From: Octopus vulgaris
Lineage: Eukaryota
Length of the DNA stretch: 64,000 nucleotides
Direction: 5' to 3'
NCBI GenBank assembly: GCA_951406725.2
Contig: OX597819.1
Coordinates: 21,328,001 to 21,392,000 of the forward strand
The notes beneath the pieces are model-generated. The model was not told the origin of the DNA, did not search any database, and saw only the letters and a program-made list of their open reading frames with translations. The first letter of the stretch is position 1. Each line of letters starts with the position of its first letter. A program made the translations under genes and the position numbers. Positions 42,673-58,401 of the stretch are shown here, piece after piece.

Positions 42673-43371
42673 TAGAAAAAAATTTTATTTTGCTAAAATC
42701 TTACATTTTAGAGCAAGCCGTACGCGAATTTGTGGCGTTCATTGATAAGAATGAAATTAATAATAATATCGACCAGGAATAGAAACCCGCACTTTTTTTT
42801 AAGAATAAGCAGTGTTTATATCACACAGCTCATACGAAGATATAACATAATGTTGAGTATGACAGGACCGGGCTGAACTTCCTGGAGAAAATAACAACTC
42901 CAAACTTTTCCTGTCGAATTATTGCTCTCCTTTGTTGTGAGTGAATAAATTGAAGAACGTCTCTTAAGCTGTATACATCAGCAGCAGCTGCTTCGTTAAA
43001 GCTGGGCAGCTGGTGTGTTATTTCAACTTTTTGATTTGAAAACTTTTAAAGTGTTCTCAACTTCCCTGACTAATTTACGTCCGACTTTAAAAGCTCCCAG
43101 CGCCACCTAAGTACTGCGTTTAAAAATGTATTTTCAAAGGAAATGTTATTCGATTGCGAGCTATCTTTGATAAGCACTAAAATAGATAACTGCTGCAGGG
43201 GTTTTCTTTAACCTTTCTCTTTCGCTTCTCCCCCCACAACTCCACCAAACCCGCTTCTTCTCTCTTACTTTCTTTCTATCGCCATTGCTTATTGTATCGC
43301 GCTCTCACTCAATATTTCTGTTTCCTCCTACGCCATCTTTCTCCTTTTATATCACATGCAACTGCACACAC

Positions 43372-43423
<52 letters not shown>

Positions 43424-43521
43424 TCTCTCCTTATTATCACTTTCTCACTTTCTATATTTCTCTCTTTTTCGTTGTTTGCCGGTCTGTCTGCCTGTCTGTA
43501 TATATACATACATATACACGC

Positions 43522-43567
<46 letters not shown>

Positions 43568-44850
43568 ATGTGTGTATATATATACACACGCAAATATATA
43601 TATCTATATATACATGTATATATATCTATATATATATATATGTGTGTGCATGTATGTATATCTGTCCATTCTGCTCTCTCTCATTGTTCTCCACAGTTGA
43701 AAAACATCATTTAAACCTAGCAATTACGGTGAGCCAGAAGGGAGATATAAATCTGCCAAATACAATTAAAGATCGGTTCGTTTGTTAGTGGCTATACAAT
43801 ATGTATGACTATCTTTAACTTAAGAGGACTAATTTCCCCCCACCACACACCACTTCTATCACCACCACCACCACCACCACCACCACCACCATTAACACAG
43901 CCACCGCCATCATCACCACTTCGCCGAAACAACCACTTGCACATTCTTTAAATGAAACTTTGATTATAAAGCCAGTCAGTGCTAAGAATGTACAATTGCT
44001 GCTCTTTGAGTCCTCAGGCTGTGTACATCTGTTGAAGGCATCGCTATGAAGTAGACCGAAAATAACATCAACGGAATTGGAAAGTAAGCAACTCCGCTAA
44101 AACATTTCTGCCTTAACAGCCGCTCCTCAAACATTTCGCCTCTTGTTGAGACATCCATTTCAATTGTATTGCCTCCGCCATGTTTGTGTGTAATGCTGCA
44201 TGGTTTGTTCGAGTGGTGGTGGTGGTCGTGGTGGGTGCGCTCTGTGTGCACAACTCGAAAAACTTCTCCTTACTGCAAATAGTTTTCTTTATTTCTCTCC
44301 GATTCTTCGTTTTGCTTTAGTCGAAGGATTAAAGAATCTAACATACGATTGATTATTATTATTATGTTGTTGTTTTTTTTTAATATTTTTATTTTTTCAC
44401 TATTGCCATCCAACTTAAAAGCTTATCTTGGGAAAAAGGAAGAAAAGCATAACAGATCGATTGTATAAGATTATAAACATATCAATTTTGTTTTCTTCCA
44501 GTTATTAGGTAAGTCACTAACTATGCGAATACGTTGTATGTATAAGGAAAATATCTTAAGTGCAGAAAGCTTCCAATATTGGTCAAGACTACTTTTGTAT
44601 TCGAAGGTTTCCATATTCTACTTAGAAGAGAATATATTCCAGTGAAATATTTTCTAGAAAGTTTCTGCTTTCATTCGTTAATGTTAGTATTATTGCAACA
44701 AATATACTTTTTTAGTTTCCAATAAAACATTTTGTTAGATTTAACCTGAATATGAATTCGACCTTCTTCATAGCAACAAAAATAAATGGTGGCATAAAGA
44801 AGTGAGTCATAGAACTAAAATCATACACATTCCATATTATATCATACTAT

Positions 44851-45258
44851 AGGCGTGGCTGTGTCGTATGAAATATTGCTTTCCAACCACATGGTCCTAG
44901 GTTCAGTCCCACTGCGTGGCACTCGGGGCAGGTGTCTAGTGTCATAGCTCCGGGATGACCTTGTGACTGGATTTGGTAGACGGAAACTGAAAGAATCCAT
45001 CATATATATATATACATGGAGAGAGTGATGCGTCTATGTGGGATTTTGTGTCTCTGCTTGTCCTCAACTACCGGTTGATAACCGGTGATGATGTGTTTAC
45101 GTCTGTGACATAAAGGTTCCACAAAAGAGACCGATAGAGTAGTTACTATCTTATAAAAGTTAAAGTACTGGGGTCGATTCATTCGACTACAAAAATTCTT
45201 CAAGGCACTACTCCAGCATGGCCTGAGTCGAATTACTGAAACAAGTAAAATATAAAAG
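44851..45258 (+). mobile_element. SINE family B, full composite
   Basis: Head 44851-44998, TA spacer, tail ending ccagcatggcc..actgaaacaagtaaaa. Confidence 0.8.
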
Positions 45259-45381
45259 TATATAAACACATACATATAGATAGATAGACACACAGACAGA
45301 CAGATAGATAGACAGATATATAGATAGATAAATAGATAGAAAGATAGATAGATAGACAGACAGGCAGATAAATAGACAGAC

Positions 45382-45440
<59 letters not shown>

Positions 45441-45442
<2 letters not shown>

Positions 45443-45904
45443 TGTTTCTTTATTAGCCACACAGGGCTGCACACAGATAGAACAAATTTCTTTTGAAGGT
45501 TAAAAAAAAAAAGGAGGGGGGAGTTTCGATCAAAAGGGATCGTAAAAGGAGAGAAAGAGGACAAAAAAGGGGGGTGGTTAAAAAAAGGGGGAGAGGAACA
45601 AAAATTTATCAATAGGGATCGTTATCACAGAAATGTCAATATGAAGTGTAAAGGGGAGGACAGGTGAGGTTTACCCGTGGAAAGAAAAGCCTACGGAAAA
45701 GACCACGGTAACCTCGGTCAATGAAGTCACATGTTATATTTCTTTTTTTTTTCTTTTTTTTTTTTGCAAATAAGCAACTCTCTGTATTAATTTTATGGTT
45801 CATAGAATCATAGTCAAGGTGGCTTCGTCATTCATACGTGCCATCCTTGCTACATTCACCCATCTTTTTTCAAAAACATTCACTAGACAAAACTTGCCTC
45901 TCTA
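45441..45904 (-). mobile_element. 3'-terminal fragment (ORF end plus 3' UTR) of the Tx1-like element, embedded in (TATC)n
   Basis: Reverse strand tagagagg..agtgaatgttt..gatgggtgaatgtag..atggca..gacgaa.cca.cttga matches 27431-27520; ends ggctaataaagaaacata followed by (TCTA)n. Confidence 0.75.
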
Positions 45905-45908
45905 ATCT

Positions 45909-45999
<91 letters not shown>

Positions 46000-47105
46000 C
46001 TCTGCTCAGTATCGAATGACTCAGCAAGGAGTTATTTTAGGTGACATAGGAATCCTTTACTTTATTCCAGTGAATCGGTCCTTAATTAAACATAGATATC
46101 ACATTTAAGTAGAATTAATTCATATGATTTAAAATGGGTTCCATAATTCCCTGCGTTTATTGCCAAATACATATCATTGGTTAAAACTTTCTGATACAAG
46201 GGTGATATAAACCCAGATGATTTGAGAGAGAGTATAGATCGCTTTTACAGGTCCTACGCGAAAGCAGTTACAAATACTTGGATAAGTTATGCTTGCTCGT
46301 TTGTCTCGTGTGTGATTATTGAGCAGCCAGTACAATACACATTTCGTATTTAGGTAGAAGGCCATCAGTTTTGAATGGAGAAGAAGTCAATTTTATCGAA
46401 TTCAGTGCCCAGCTATTACTTATTTTATCGACGCTGAGAAGTGAATTGCCAAATGGATTTCGGAGGAATTTGAACTCTGAACGTAAAGAGCTAGAAGAAA
46501 TACCGTTAAACATTTTGCCTGGTGCGCTGAAAATAATCAAAGGCATAACATTGAGATCCTGACTTTTTGTGTTTGATACATTTAGAAAACAGTAGAATCT
46601 ACTTGGCAGAGCAGACAGACGTTTAGAGGTCGACCCGAAGACTTTTACACACACACAATTTAGTTGAAAGTCTGGTTAAAAATATAGTTTTCAACTAAAA
46701 TAATGGTTACGAATTACATATTGAAACATATTTCAAATAACTTCTTATTGATTTAGGAGTGAAGAATAACGAGAGCCTACCCGCCGTTTCATTGCCTGTA
46801 TTACATTAGGAAAAATAACTGTGAGCGCAGACACACACACACATACGCGCGCACATACACTGATAGACAGAAAGCCAGGGAGGCAGAAAGACAGACAGAC
46901 AGACAGACAAATAGCGCTCGTTTAAGGAAACCAAAGTGCGTATATATGCGTTTGTATGTGTGTGCGTATATATATATATATATATGCATGATGCAATATA
47001 TGCACAAGGGAAACTGACATATGTGGACAAAAGGAGAACATGTACAATAATTGCACAAAATTTAAACTGAAATCAAGATTCCAAGCAAATTACGGACTGA
47101 AATAT

Positions 47106-47522
47106 ATATTTCTTTATTGCTCACAGGGGGCAAACAAGGACAGACAAACGGATTAAGTTGGTTATATCGACCCCAATCCGAAACTGGTACTTATTGAATC
47201 GACCCCGAAAAGATGAAAGGCAAAGTCGACTCCGGCTGTATTTGAACTCAGAACGTAACGGCTGACGATAGAAATAGAAATACCTACTTCCATTTATTTA
47301 CTACCCACCAGGGCCTAAACACAGAGAGGACAAACAAGGACAGACAAACGGATTAAGTCGATTATATGGATCCCTGTGCGTAACTGGTACTTAATTTATC
47401 GACCCCGAAAGGATGAAAGGCAAAGTCGACCTCGGCGGAATTTGAACTCAGAACGTAACGGCAGACGAAATACGGCTACGCATTTCGCCCGGCGTGCTAA
47501 CGTTTCTGCCAGCTCACCGCCT
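47106..47522 (-). mobile_element. SINE family A head-to-tail dimer with 14-bp target-site duplication
   Basis: acggactgaaatat at 47092-47105 and 47525-47538 flanks two tandem monomers. Confidence 0.9.
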
Positions 47523-48177
47523 TAACGGACTGAAATATTGTTTGAATTCAAATTTGTTTATGAACTTTCGATTTCAGTTTCTGCTTTTGAACTTTCTTTT
47601 CTTTACGTTTTCCTAGAGTTATTTATTTTTTACGATTTGTTTTTGTCAACGGATTTCCGACGATTAAAATATTTCCGATTTAATACCTTGAAATTTCCAG
47701 ACGGAACGGAAAAGCATAGAAAGATAAATCCTTTTAAAACGTTTTACAACATCAAGGCCCAAAAAGTCACGTAACCGCACTGGACTGGAGTATACTTCAT
47801 ATTTCTTCAAAGTCCAAAACATCTTACGAGAAATAAAATGTATGAATAAATTTGTTTTGTTTCTTTTTTGTATCACATTATTAAAATGACATCGCCTTTC
47901 AATAACTAAAATAGTAACACTAATAAAATACGCGATATACTAAATCTTGATTTTGACATTGATTGAAATAATCGCTACTTTTTGAAAACGACGCGCGGCT
48001 TCAATGAAACTAGATGTGCTTAAACATAGGACACTGCTCCAAATCATATACACGATTTTAATATATGAACTTGTTTCAAATAAATATGATATAAACTCGT
48101 AATATACGACGTTACTTCAAATTGCCAACAATACTTGAACCACGACGGTAAATAAACCAGAATAATCTAAATTAAAC

Positions 48178-48244
48178 TAGAAACTTTACAATGCGACGTT
48201 ACCTTAAATAGAAAACTTTACAATGCGACGTTACCTTAAATAGA
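48178..48244. repeat. About 32-bp tandem duplication
   Basis: tagaaa(a)ctttacaatgcgacgttaccttaaa x2. Confidence 0.85.
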
Positions 48245-49610
48245 CTAAAAGATATTTTAAAAGAAATAAGTTTAAAATTAAATGTATTTTAAAACAGGGA
48301 GATGTTTCATTTAAACTATAGTTTCTGAAGATACCAATCCACTCTGATAAATATATGGACACCTCACCAAATTATCAACTCTTCAAATTCAACAAAACTT
48401 CAGATGATCTACAAACTTTCTTAAATCTGCTCTTACCTCTTTCTTGTAACAATTTCAACAGCACAGTAACGGTTTCGAAGCTAGTCGCCCTCGGAGGACT
48501 GGAAAATATCATGAGCACTACTCCTTCCATAAGATTAAGTTAGTAATAAATGCAACATATCAATGAACCAAAGACGGAAAGTAGGCGAACGTAACTATAT
48601 ACACAAAGAAAATTGTCAAAAGTTGTTAGGATCCTGCAAATAAATAACCTCGCTTTTATTTAAAAAGATCTTTTAAAGGTGAGACCAGAATTCATGTTGT
48701 ATAATAAGTTAGCATAACTCTATTGGTCTATGTTATTCAAATACATGTTATAGACCATTTTGAGGTATTTCGCTGGGGGCATTTTTGTGGAATATATTTT
48801 AATTATTTAGACCATAATTTTAATTATTTAGACCATAAATGTGTTTCACATTTTTGTATCAATTTAAAACTTTTGGCTACTAGAGAGATGGTCGGCGTAT
48901 TGTCAAACTGGAGACGGATACTGAGTTCGTAACACGTTCCCATCAATGTCTACATCTCTCCAAACTGTGACCCTATCCTTTCTTTAATAGCATGTCTTGT
49001 GTGCGAAAGTTTTGACTCATCAGATTACCTCTCTTTCTTATGAAGCTTGTTTGAACGGCTATTTGGTAATTACGACATTGTCTAGAGGCGGAGGCAATTT
49101 TAATAAATCAAAACTATATGTTGTATGATATTTGATAGACCTGCACTTGTCTATCACAAATATAGGATACAATTAGGCTGATATACACAAAACATGGATA
49201 TTTCATTTGATTTGAACTTAAGAAAGAACGGTGCTAAGAAATGTAAGCATATCAGTTCCTCAATTTCGGCGAAGTATTTCAAAGTACGAAAATATAAATA
49301 AGAGAACATCATATATAGATTCCATCGATTAATGACAGTTAAATCAAGCAATCTAAAAAGCTATTTCTGATGGTATTTCAAATCGTATTCCATAATGTAT
49401 GGACAGATGATCGACAATATATTCAAACATTATATATAAATTTGTCATAGTTCCCTAATATACACTCATACAAATAGTGAGTGTATATACGTGTGTGTGA
49501 GGATATGTAAGTATTCACATTATATACACGTATACATGCACACATACACACAATAAAATGGAGCTGTTCTGGTGAAGAAGTGTCTTTAATCTCTATATAT
49601 TTTTGTGCGA

Positions 49611-49654
<44 letters not shown>

Positions 49655-49661
49655 TGTGTAC

Positions 49662-49709
<48 letters not shown>

Positions 49710-49720
49710 CTGTGTATATA

Positions 49721-49784
<64 letters not shown>

Positions 49785-49958
49785 TGTATATATATATATA
49801 TATGTCTGTATATTTATATATATATGTAAATATGTATATTTATATATATATATATATAAGTGCATATATGTACATACATAAGTACATATATATATTCATT
49901 TCTTTCTTTTATTCCAATGTTTGTTTCAGCCATACAGCTTCGGTTGTGCTGGGGCACA

Positions 49959-49992
<34 letters not shown>

Positions 49993-50528
49993 ACATATAC
50001 ATATTGTACATAGATATTCATTTTTATGCACATGAATATGCATTCTTATACACGTATATAATAACATATATATGTATGTATTGGTGTGTGTATGTATACA
50101 CACACACATGTCAGTCTGTATATATATGTGTATGCGTGTGTGTAGATAGAAAAATAGATAGATTTATAAATAGATAGCTGAGTTTGTGAGTGTGTGTATG
50201 TATATGTATTTACGTATAAATGGCTTTATTTACCAATTTCTAGAATTTGGTGAATTTGGAGATGGCCTAAGCTATACTGAATATAGTCATCATTCAAAGT
50301 ATTAAATAAAGATTTCTTTTCGAAAATTCATTCATGGAGAATATATTTGAAAATCTAGTTTCAATATTTTACTTTTCACAAAACTGTACTATGGAACTTT
50401 TAAATGCTTTTGATATATTGTAGATAGCTCTGGCTGGGTTAGCTTTTAGTTTTTATTTTCTATAAATTTTTTATTGGTAGAGAAGAAAAAAAAACACTTG
50501 AAAACATAGTGCATTTATATCAAAGCAG

Positions 50529-50565
<37 letters not shown>

Positions 50566-50784
50566 ATTTTTGTGTATGTATATATATATATATATATGCG
50601 TGTGTGTGTGTTTGTGTTCATGTCTATATGTATGCATATCCAAATATAAAAATGACTATTTATATATGTATATCCATCTATATCTGTCTATATATATATA
50701 TACATGTATGTATATATGTATACATATATATATGTATATATATATACATGTATGTATATATGTATATATATATATATGTATGTA

Positions 50785-50851
<67 letters not shown>

Positions 50852-51935
50852 ACACAAACACGTACACAAAATCATACATGCCTACAAACGCACAACGATG
50901 TATTAATGATAAAATGAATACATCAACGATTTGAAGAGAACAAAAAAATAATATTTTGTGCGTGTGTGTTTGCTTGTGCCTGTGTGTATATGAGTATGTA
51001 TGAGACAGACAGACAGACAGGCAGAAACAGAGAATTTGTGTGTGTGTGTGCGTTAGTTCATGTGTGTGTGTGTGAGAAATAGTGCAGAAATGTACGTATG
51101 TTTGTGTATGTGTGCGTCAGCATTCAGAAATAAATGGAAAATTGCTAACAAAGTTCATACAGAAATTATCAGCTAACCTAAAGCACACACACAAATATAC
51201 AAATAAGCATTCACGCACACACACATACACACACTACATACTTTACACACATCCGCACACATATCCCATATGCACACACGCACACACTTACAAAGACACA
51301 CATGCATACACAGTAATATACAAACATCGACAGAGGAAACATAGAATGAAAAATGTAGAAATATACACATCTTACAGTAATCTGGTTTAGTCATGAAACG
51401 ATGATATTAACGTTATAAATAACAATAAATAGACACCAGTTATCTTTCTAGCTCACTAACCGTTTATATTTGATATGAAATATATAACCTGTCCCACTGC
51501 CTTTTCCAATAATCCTCTCTAACAGATGATACAACCGATTGACTATACTGCAACTCACTAACAAAAATGTGTATACAATATATACACCCACTCCACACGA
51601 AAAAATAACCTTAATATTTCTTTGCATGATTGTAAAAGAAAAATAATAAATTGTTTATTCCCCAAATGACCATAAACAGAGAAATAACATGATAAGCTGG
51701 TGTTTAAAGAGCACTAAGTTGGCTCTAACGGAACTGAACTGATTTTGTGGAGTTCTTTGGTGGCTTTTAGTCTCCAGGAAAACCAAAACAGAATCATTAC
51801 TATTTAATGTTGGGCGATACTTTGTATTGGAAAAAGGGAAACTTGTTACTCTCTAAATTAATGCTTGACATTAATTTATGCTTGACTGAATGCTATTAGG
51901 CTGTTTGTATGTCTGTCTCACTGTGTTGGCCAGGA

Positions 51936-51974
<39 letters not shown>

Positions 51975-52020
51975 AAGAGAGAGAGAGAGAGATAGTGTGA
52001 GAGAGATAGATAGATAGATA

Positions 52021-52530
52021 TAATTTCAAATTAATAATAAAAGGGTAAAATTAATCAATTTATTTACCCCCTTATTATTAATTTGAAATTGTAATTTACT
52101 TCATGATAGAACACTGTAGTTTTCTCCGGTACTGCTCGTAACATACACGTGGGTACAGGGCTGAATAAATAGTGTATTCACATTCCACTGTGTAAATTTT
52201 GGAAGTATTGGTTGGATATCTGTTGTACGATGTCGCTCGATCGTGTGCATATTTAACACTAGCACTATCAAATTTTATAATTGAAAATGCTACACTGAAG
52301 AGAGAAGGAAGTAATTAAAACACTTTAATCTCGAAACGCGTATGTGGCTAATCAGAGTCGTTGTGGATTCATTGTTTTTTTTTTACTTTGCTACGTAAAA
52401 AAGTGTGTTATTGTCGTGGAGAATCTTACAGTAGTAGAAAAGGAATTTTTAACTCCTATTTCTAAATTCGGTATGTGGTGAAGCAATTAGCTGATCCCTA
52501 ATTATAATTGTTTATAATTATAGAATATTT
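52021..52530 (+). mobile_element. Penelope-like mini-element with a 5' terminal hairpin and a hammerhead
   Basis: 52022-52090 folds back (aatttcaaattaataataa..gggtaaa / tttaccc..ttattattaatttgaaatt); hammerhead at 52289; microsatellite flanks. Confidence 0.6.
52289..52348 (+). ncRNA. Minimal type-I hammerhead ribozyme (intact)
   Basis: GCUACA-CUGAAGA-GAGA(23-nt loop)UCUC-GAAAC-GC-GUA-UGUGGC; stem III palindrome ACGCGU. Confidence 0.82.
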
Positions 52531-52749
52531 GTGTATATATATATATATATATAATAGAAATATGTTACAAAAAGAAAATCGAAACTACACATGTAAGGGA
52601 AAAGTAAGAAGAAAAATAAGCGAAAATGCACATTGGAAATCAAAAATGGTAAAGACTTTTGATGAAAAGTAACGATAGATATATACAATTAGATGAACAT
52701 AGGTAGGAATAAAAGTAATAATAGTCATTATTCTGAATTGCTAAAGAGA

Positions 52750-53200
52750 TTCAAAAGCATACCGGTTTCGTGAAGTTACTATTCATTGCTTTGAATGCAC
52801 ACCGATTAATGAACGCTGTCAAGTCTACTAGTCCCTGAGTAAAACGATTATGTGTAAGGGAGGTAAGTAGTTCCATTAGGTTCCAAGTTCACAGCTGAGG
52901 CTGCTGCTAGGTATCCGTAGTAGGCTTCCGAGTTAGCAGGTGTATATTAAAGGAAAAGGTCAACAAAAACTAATGCAGGACGAGTATATCAAGTCATTTA
53001 GAATATGTAACTAGAGTAAGGTGAAGTTGAAGTAATTAATTAATTATCGAATGTCTTACAGTTGTTAGTAAAAGTAGGGGGAATCTTTTTTTATATTGAT
53101 TGGGAATGTTCTTAAGAGACATGTAGAGGAATTGTTTGTCTATATTGAGTGATACCTATATTAAGAACTCTTATTCTTCTGTCTACTGCTTTAACTTTAT
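52750..53200 (-). pseudogene. Possible Penelope GIY-YIG remnant ending in a broken hammerhead (52750-52795)
   Basis: Faint NIGIT..EH and EAY..LEPNG peptides; UUCAAAGCA..GAAAC-CG-GUA-UGCUUUUGAA with most of the CUGANGA box lost. Confidence 0.38.
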
Positions 53201-53376
53201 TCTTGTATCTAATATTTTATAAACTGTGAATTCCCTGTCAAGAACTTTCATACATACTCATCTTGACCATGATGAGTGTATGGAGATGCTAACCTTTCAC
53301 TTGTTTATGGCTGAGGTTATTGGCCGAGTATACAGGCATTGATGTAGCAAATATTTTTAATTTAGTCTCTTCGGTA

Positions 53377-53452
53377 GACCTCACTGACGAAGACCAATCA
53401 GTTTTACCATAACAAACGTATTTTAAAAAGTCCGAAACTCGAGTACGTGGTT
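53377..53452 (+). ncRNA. Type-I hammerhead, core intact, stems partly decayed
   Basis: GACCUCA-CUGACGA-AGAC(long loop)GUCC-GAAAC-UCGA-GUA-CGUGGUU; stem III palindrome ACUCGAGU. Confidence 0.65.
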
Positions 53453-53578
53453 GTCTATTTCTCTCGCTTTCTTCCTAGAGGTAAGATGAAATAGTTTTTG
53501 TGTATTCGTCGCCCTCCTACATCTTTGCCTCTATACATTCAGTGAAGCTTTACTCAACGTCGAATGATTATCGACTGC

Positions 53579-53687
<109 letters not shown>

Positions 53688-54544
53688 TGTGTGTGTGTTT
53701 AGAAACGTACATATATACACGCATAAATATATGTGCATATATGTACGTATGTTTCTCTAACTTTATCTATAAGCTTATGTTTATACGCATGGAGATTGAT
53801 ATAAGTGTATGCGTGCGTGTGCATTAGCAAATCTTTTATAAGGTAACAAAAGTATTACATCGGAAAATTTATTAATTTCTCTTTTACTCATAAAACTGGT
53901 AAGCATGTTGGACTAGATATGTTAAAGAAATAATTCTTTAGTAAAAAACATCCTGAGAGTCAATGGTAGGTGGGCATCGTGTATGGAATTGACTGAGTGC
54001 TAGGAAGAATCTCTCGCACCTGTTGTCCATTTACTGTACAACGGAAGCTTTCAACAGCTCCTTATTATCCTGGGCCTCACTTTTTTGACGATGTCTCCAG
54101 ATTGAAATTAGATTGAAATTGAATGATTGAAATTAGAAAAATTAAAAGGTGACTCTGAATGACCGTAAAAAAGTCCGGCAGTTAATGGTTGATCTCTAGG
54201 GCCGGGTGGGCGAGAACTGTATGCTGCTAAAACGAACACAATGTGCTTTGGGTTTCACCTTCGGGTCCATCACCTACCTGCAAAGGTAGCACACTGTTTG
54301 TAGATTTGGGCGTAGAATTGCAAGGACACGATACAGCCTCTTGATCTCCCGTGTCAATTGCAGACAAAAAATTCCTGAAATGTGTTGAAAGTAGATTCCT
54401 CCTTGAGAACCACTCCGTGCCACCGCTCATTTGTTCAGCTACTTTCTGATCTTGTTTAATAGGGTTGTAACATATGTTTCTTAAATTTGTCTCGGCTATT
54501 TCAGAAAGAGAAATTCAAGGAAATTACAGAGTGTTTAGGAAATT

Positions 54545-54722
54545 TCAAATTGGTTCCGAATTTTGGCATAGGTCAGCGATTCGGAGGGAGGAAGTCAATC
54601 ATATGACCCCAGTGTTCAACTGGTGTTTATTTTATCGACACCGAAATGATTAAAGGCAATGCCAACCTCACCGGATATTGAACTCGCAACGTGAAGACTG
54701 ACGAAATGCGGCTAAGCATTTT
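54545..54722 (-). mobile_element. SINE family A, diverged
   Basis: gaccccagtgttcaactggtg..ttatcgacaccgaaa..gacgaaatgcggctaagcattt. Confidence 0.65.
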
Positions 54723-56094
54723 CCTGGCAGAATCATTATCTTACCGAGTCACCACCTTTAGGAAATGTAATAGAAGTATGCGAAGGAACCTAAGTGGAGC
54801 ATGTTGGAATTACAAAATGGTGATGAAAATTTATAGATCAGAGAATTCAGAAGTCACAAAGTATTTACCAAATCATTTAGAGCAGGGAATAGACTTCGAA
54901 CCAAAGAAATAGCGATGAAAACAAAGAGCATGGGATGTAATGTCTAGAAGTATATTTACATGGACAGGTATACTACCTGTGGAATATAATGCTTTTCAGA
55001 AGAAAAAAGGTTATGAAATATAAAATCAGAGATGGGGAATACTGAAAATACACCTAAGATATGCACTTGATTAATGTTTCTAAGGCTTTCAAAGAAATTA
55101 AAGCATTTCATTAAAGTAACCATGTAAACAAAGGAAGTAGCCGAAAAGAATAAAACAATACGTTTCGTTTTGGATTTAGTTTGCAAGATTTTTTATATGA
55201 GTTCGTGTGTTAACACGGATCCACACATATAAAGATGCACATCCATGCATACAAACATGGTACATTGTTGCATAACACACACACAGACATGCACGCAGAA
55301 GGAGACAGAGGTGCATACATATACAAACACATGCTCACACACACATACATTGAAAACACGGACATGCAAGCACATAAATATGCAGGATACGTACATACAG
55401 ATGCACACACATACATATATACATATGCATACACATGCAAACACACACATACATGCATACGTACATGCATGCATGCATAGGAACACACACACACACACTA
55501 ACCCACACACATGCGCACAAACAAACAAAAGGGAACGCAGTGTAAATAACGGACAGAGTCAAGACTATTGAAAAGGCTGCAAGATGCAACGAAAATTTTA
55601 GGAAAATAAAAATAAGAAACAAGTGGAAATTTTACCGGTGAATGTGTTACGTTATAAGGCACAAAAAAAAAATGACTCTCCCCAGACACAACAAAAAATA
55701 CGGAATTAGAGAAATTGATTAAAAATGAAAGAGACGGACCACTAACACAAGAGAAAAATATGGCAACGAAATTATTTGATATTTCAAGTTGTAAATTAAT
55801 TCGGCAACGTGAAATTTCATAAAAAATCTTTTTCGTAAAACAATGAGAGTATACGAAGAAATACAGCATATAGATTAGAACTGACGGTCGCTTTTAAGAC
55901 GCGCTATAAACAGCCAAAGTAGTGATGGTCATAAGCTTGAAGGGTATATAAACACATATGCGCGTGTATGTGTCTGAGTGTGCGTGTATGTTTATCCACG
56001 CATATTGATACACATACACACGCACACACGTATACATATGCATGTTTGTATACATATATATGTCTCTCTCTCTCTCTCTCTCTGTCTTATCTTA

Positions 56095-56328
56095 TCCTTT
56101 ATTTGATTCAGTCATTAAACTACGGCCGTAGTGGGGCACCGCCTTGAAATTTTAGTTGAATGTTTCGACACCAGTACTTACATTTTGAGCCTGGTACTTA
56201 TTCTATCGGTCTCTTTTGCTAACCGCTGAGTTACAGGGACATAAACACACCAACACCGGTTGTCAAGCAGTGACGAGGACAAACACAGACACAAAAACAC
56301 AAACACACATAGATAAATACGCACACTC

Positions 56329-56359
<31 letters not shown>

Positions 56360-56512
56360 ACAGGCTTCTTTTAGTTTCCGTCTACCAAATCCACTCTCAA
56401 GGTTTTGGTCGGCCTGAGGCTATACTAGATGATACTTGCTCAAGGTGACAAGCAGTAGAACTGAACGTGCGACCATATTGTTGGGAAGCAAGCTTCTTAC
56501 TAGACAGCCACA
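56095..56512 (-). mobile_element. SINE family B, full composite
   Basis: Tail 56095-56300, TA/CA spacer, head 56358-56512. Confidence 0.85.
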
Positions 56513-57479
56513 TAACATAACATGTATACATATGGAGACACAGAGAATGATCCCAGCTATTTTCTGATAAAGTCCGTGAGTATTGTTGAGGTCCGGACGT
56601 TATGAAATAACGCTGAAACTAAATGAGATTATGACACAACTTTACTCTCAAGGGATCGAAGCGCAAAACACCCGTTTTCTGCATCTTGCCACTCACATTT
56701 TCTGAGATCTTAGCGTCATCTCTGAAGCCGGCATAGATTTGGATACAAACTTCTCGTTTAAGTCAGAAAATGCTTAAAACACCATAATCAAAATGTACTG
56801 ATTGTGCATATAGGCTAACAGTCCGAAAAAATCATGAGTTGGAGCCCGAAAGAGTGAAGAAAATTATACAAATTTCAAACCATTTAAAATATGTTTGAAA
56901 AATATTCCATTGTTATTCATCACAGGTTCAAATACCTTGAACATATATTATGTTGATGCAATTTCTCTCGCTGTTTCGCGTATCCAATCACGAATTTGAG
57001 AAGAAAATAGATTTTCCCTCAAACATTTTATGCTTCATATTCAGAATGAATCGTTCATTTCAAGAATTTTTTAAGATTTGGCTACTGCTGTAGCAGGCCA
57101 TCAGGGAATATTTGAGTAGTGTGTGTGGGTGGAAATGGGACCGTTTTCAAAATAATTATGTATTGATTATGAAACCGTTACGTTGTCAAAAAAAAACCCA
57201 ACAATTCTCAGTGCCAGGGATGAAAATAATAAAATCAATCGCAATATTTGACTAATATTTCTGTTATTTTCCTTCGACCATTGAAACACAGGATTTGAAC
57301 GCAGACATGTAAATAAATACTCCAATATACAGCTTATACTAGCCGTCATCGTGAGAGAAAGATTAAATTTCTATGTGAGTGTGGAGTGTGTCCGTGTTTG
57401 TAGATGTGAGCATATGTATATGCACTTATACACAAATATGAATACGTAAGAGAAAAAGATAGAGATAGCTTGCTAGCTA

Positions 57480-58118
<639 letters not shown>

Positions 58119-58336
58119 AAGTAGGTTGGTAGGTACATAGTTAGGTAGATGAATAGAGAGGAAATAGGTGCAGGTTTGTATTGTGAACTAGAATGACAGC
58201 CTATATCTATCCATCGATAAATGGACAGTGATCGATACAAGTCGATTATCCAAATTGTGATACATAATCTTTGAATAATGTGTGTATGTGCGCACCTTCC
58301 TGTCTATATGTCTGCAGTGTTTCCTTGCACTGTCTT

Positions 58337-58401
<65 letters not shown>

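Noticed and set aside
42950-44330. Possible host promoter/first exon (GC-richer patches, gtaagc donor-like site near 44083)
   Set aside because: No recognisable ORF or diagnostic motif; cannot be supported without transcript data
48178-48840. Short direct repeats as a CRISPR-like array
   Set aside because: Only two adjacent copies each with no spacers, in a eukaryotic context; simple tandem duplications
48990-49025. CUGAUGAGUC on the minus strand as a hammerhead
   Set aside because: No GAAA box or stem III at a suitable position
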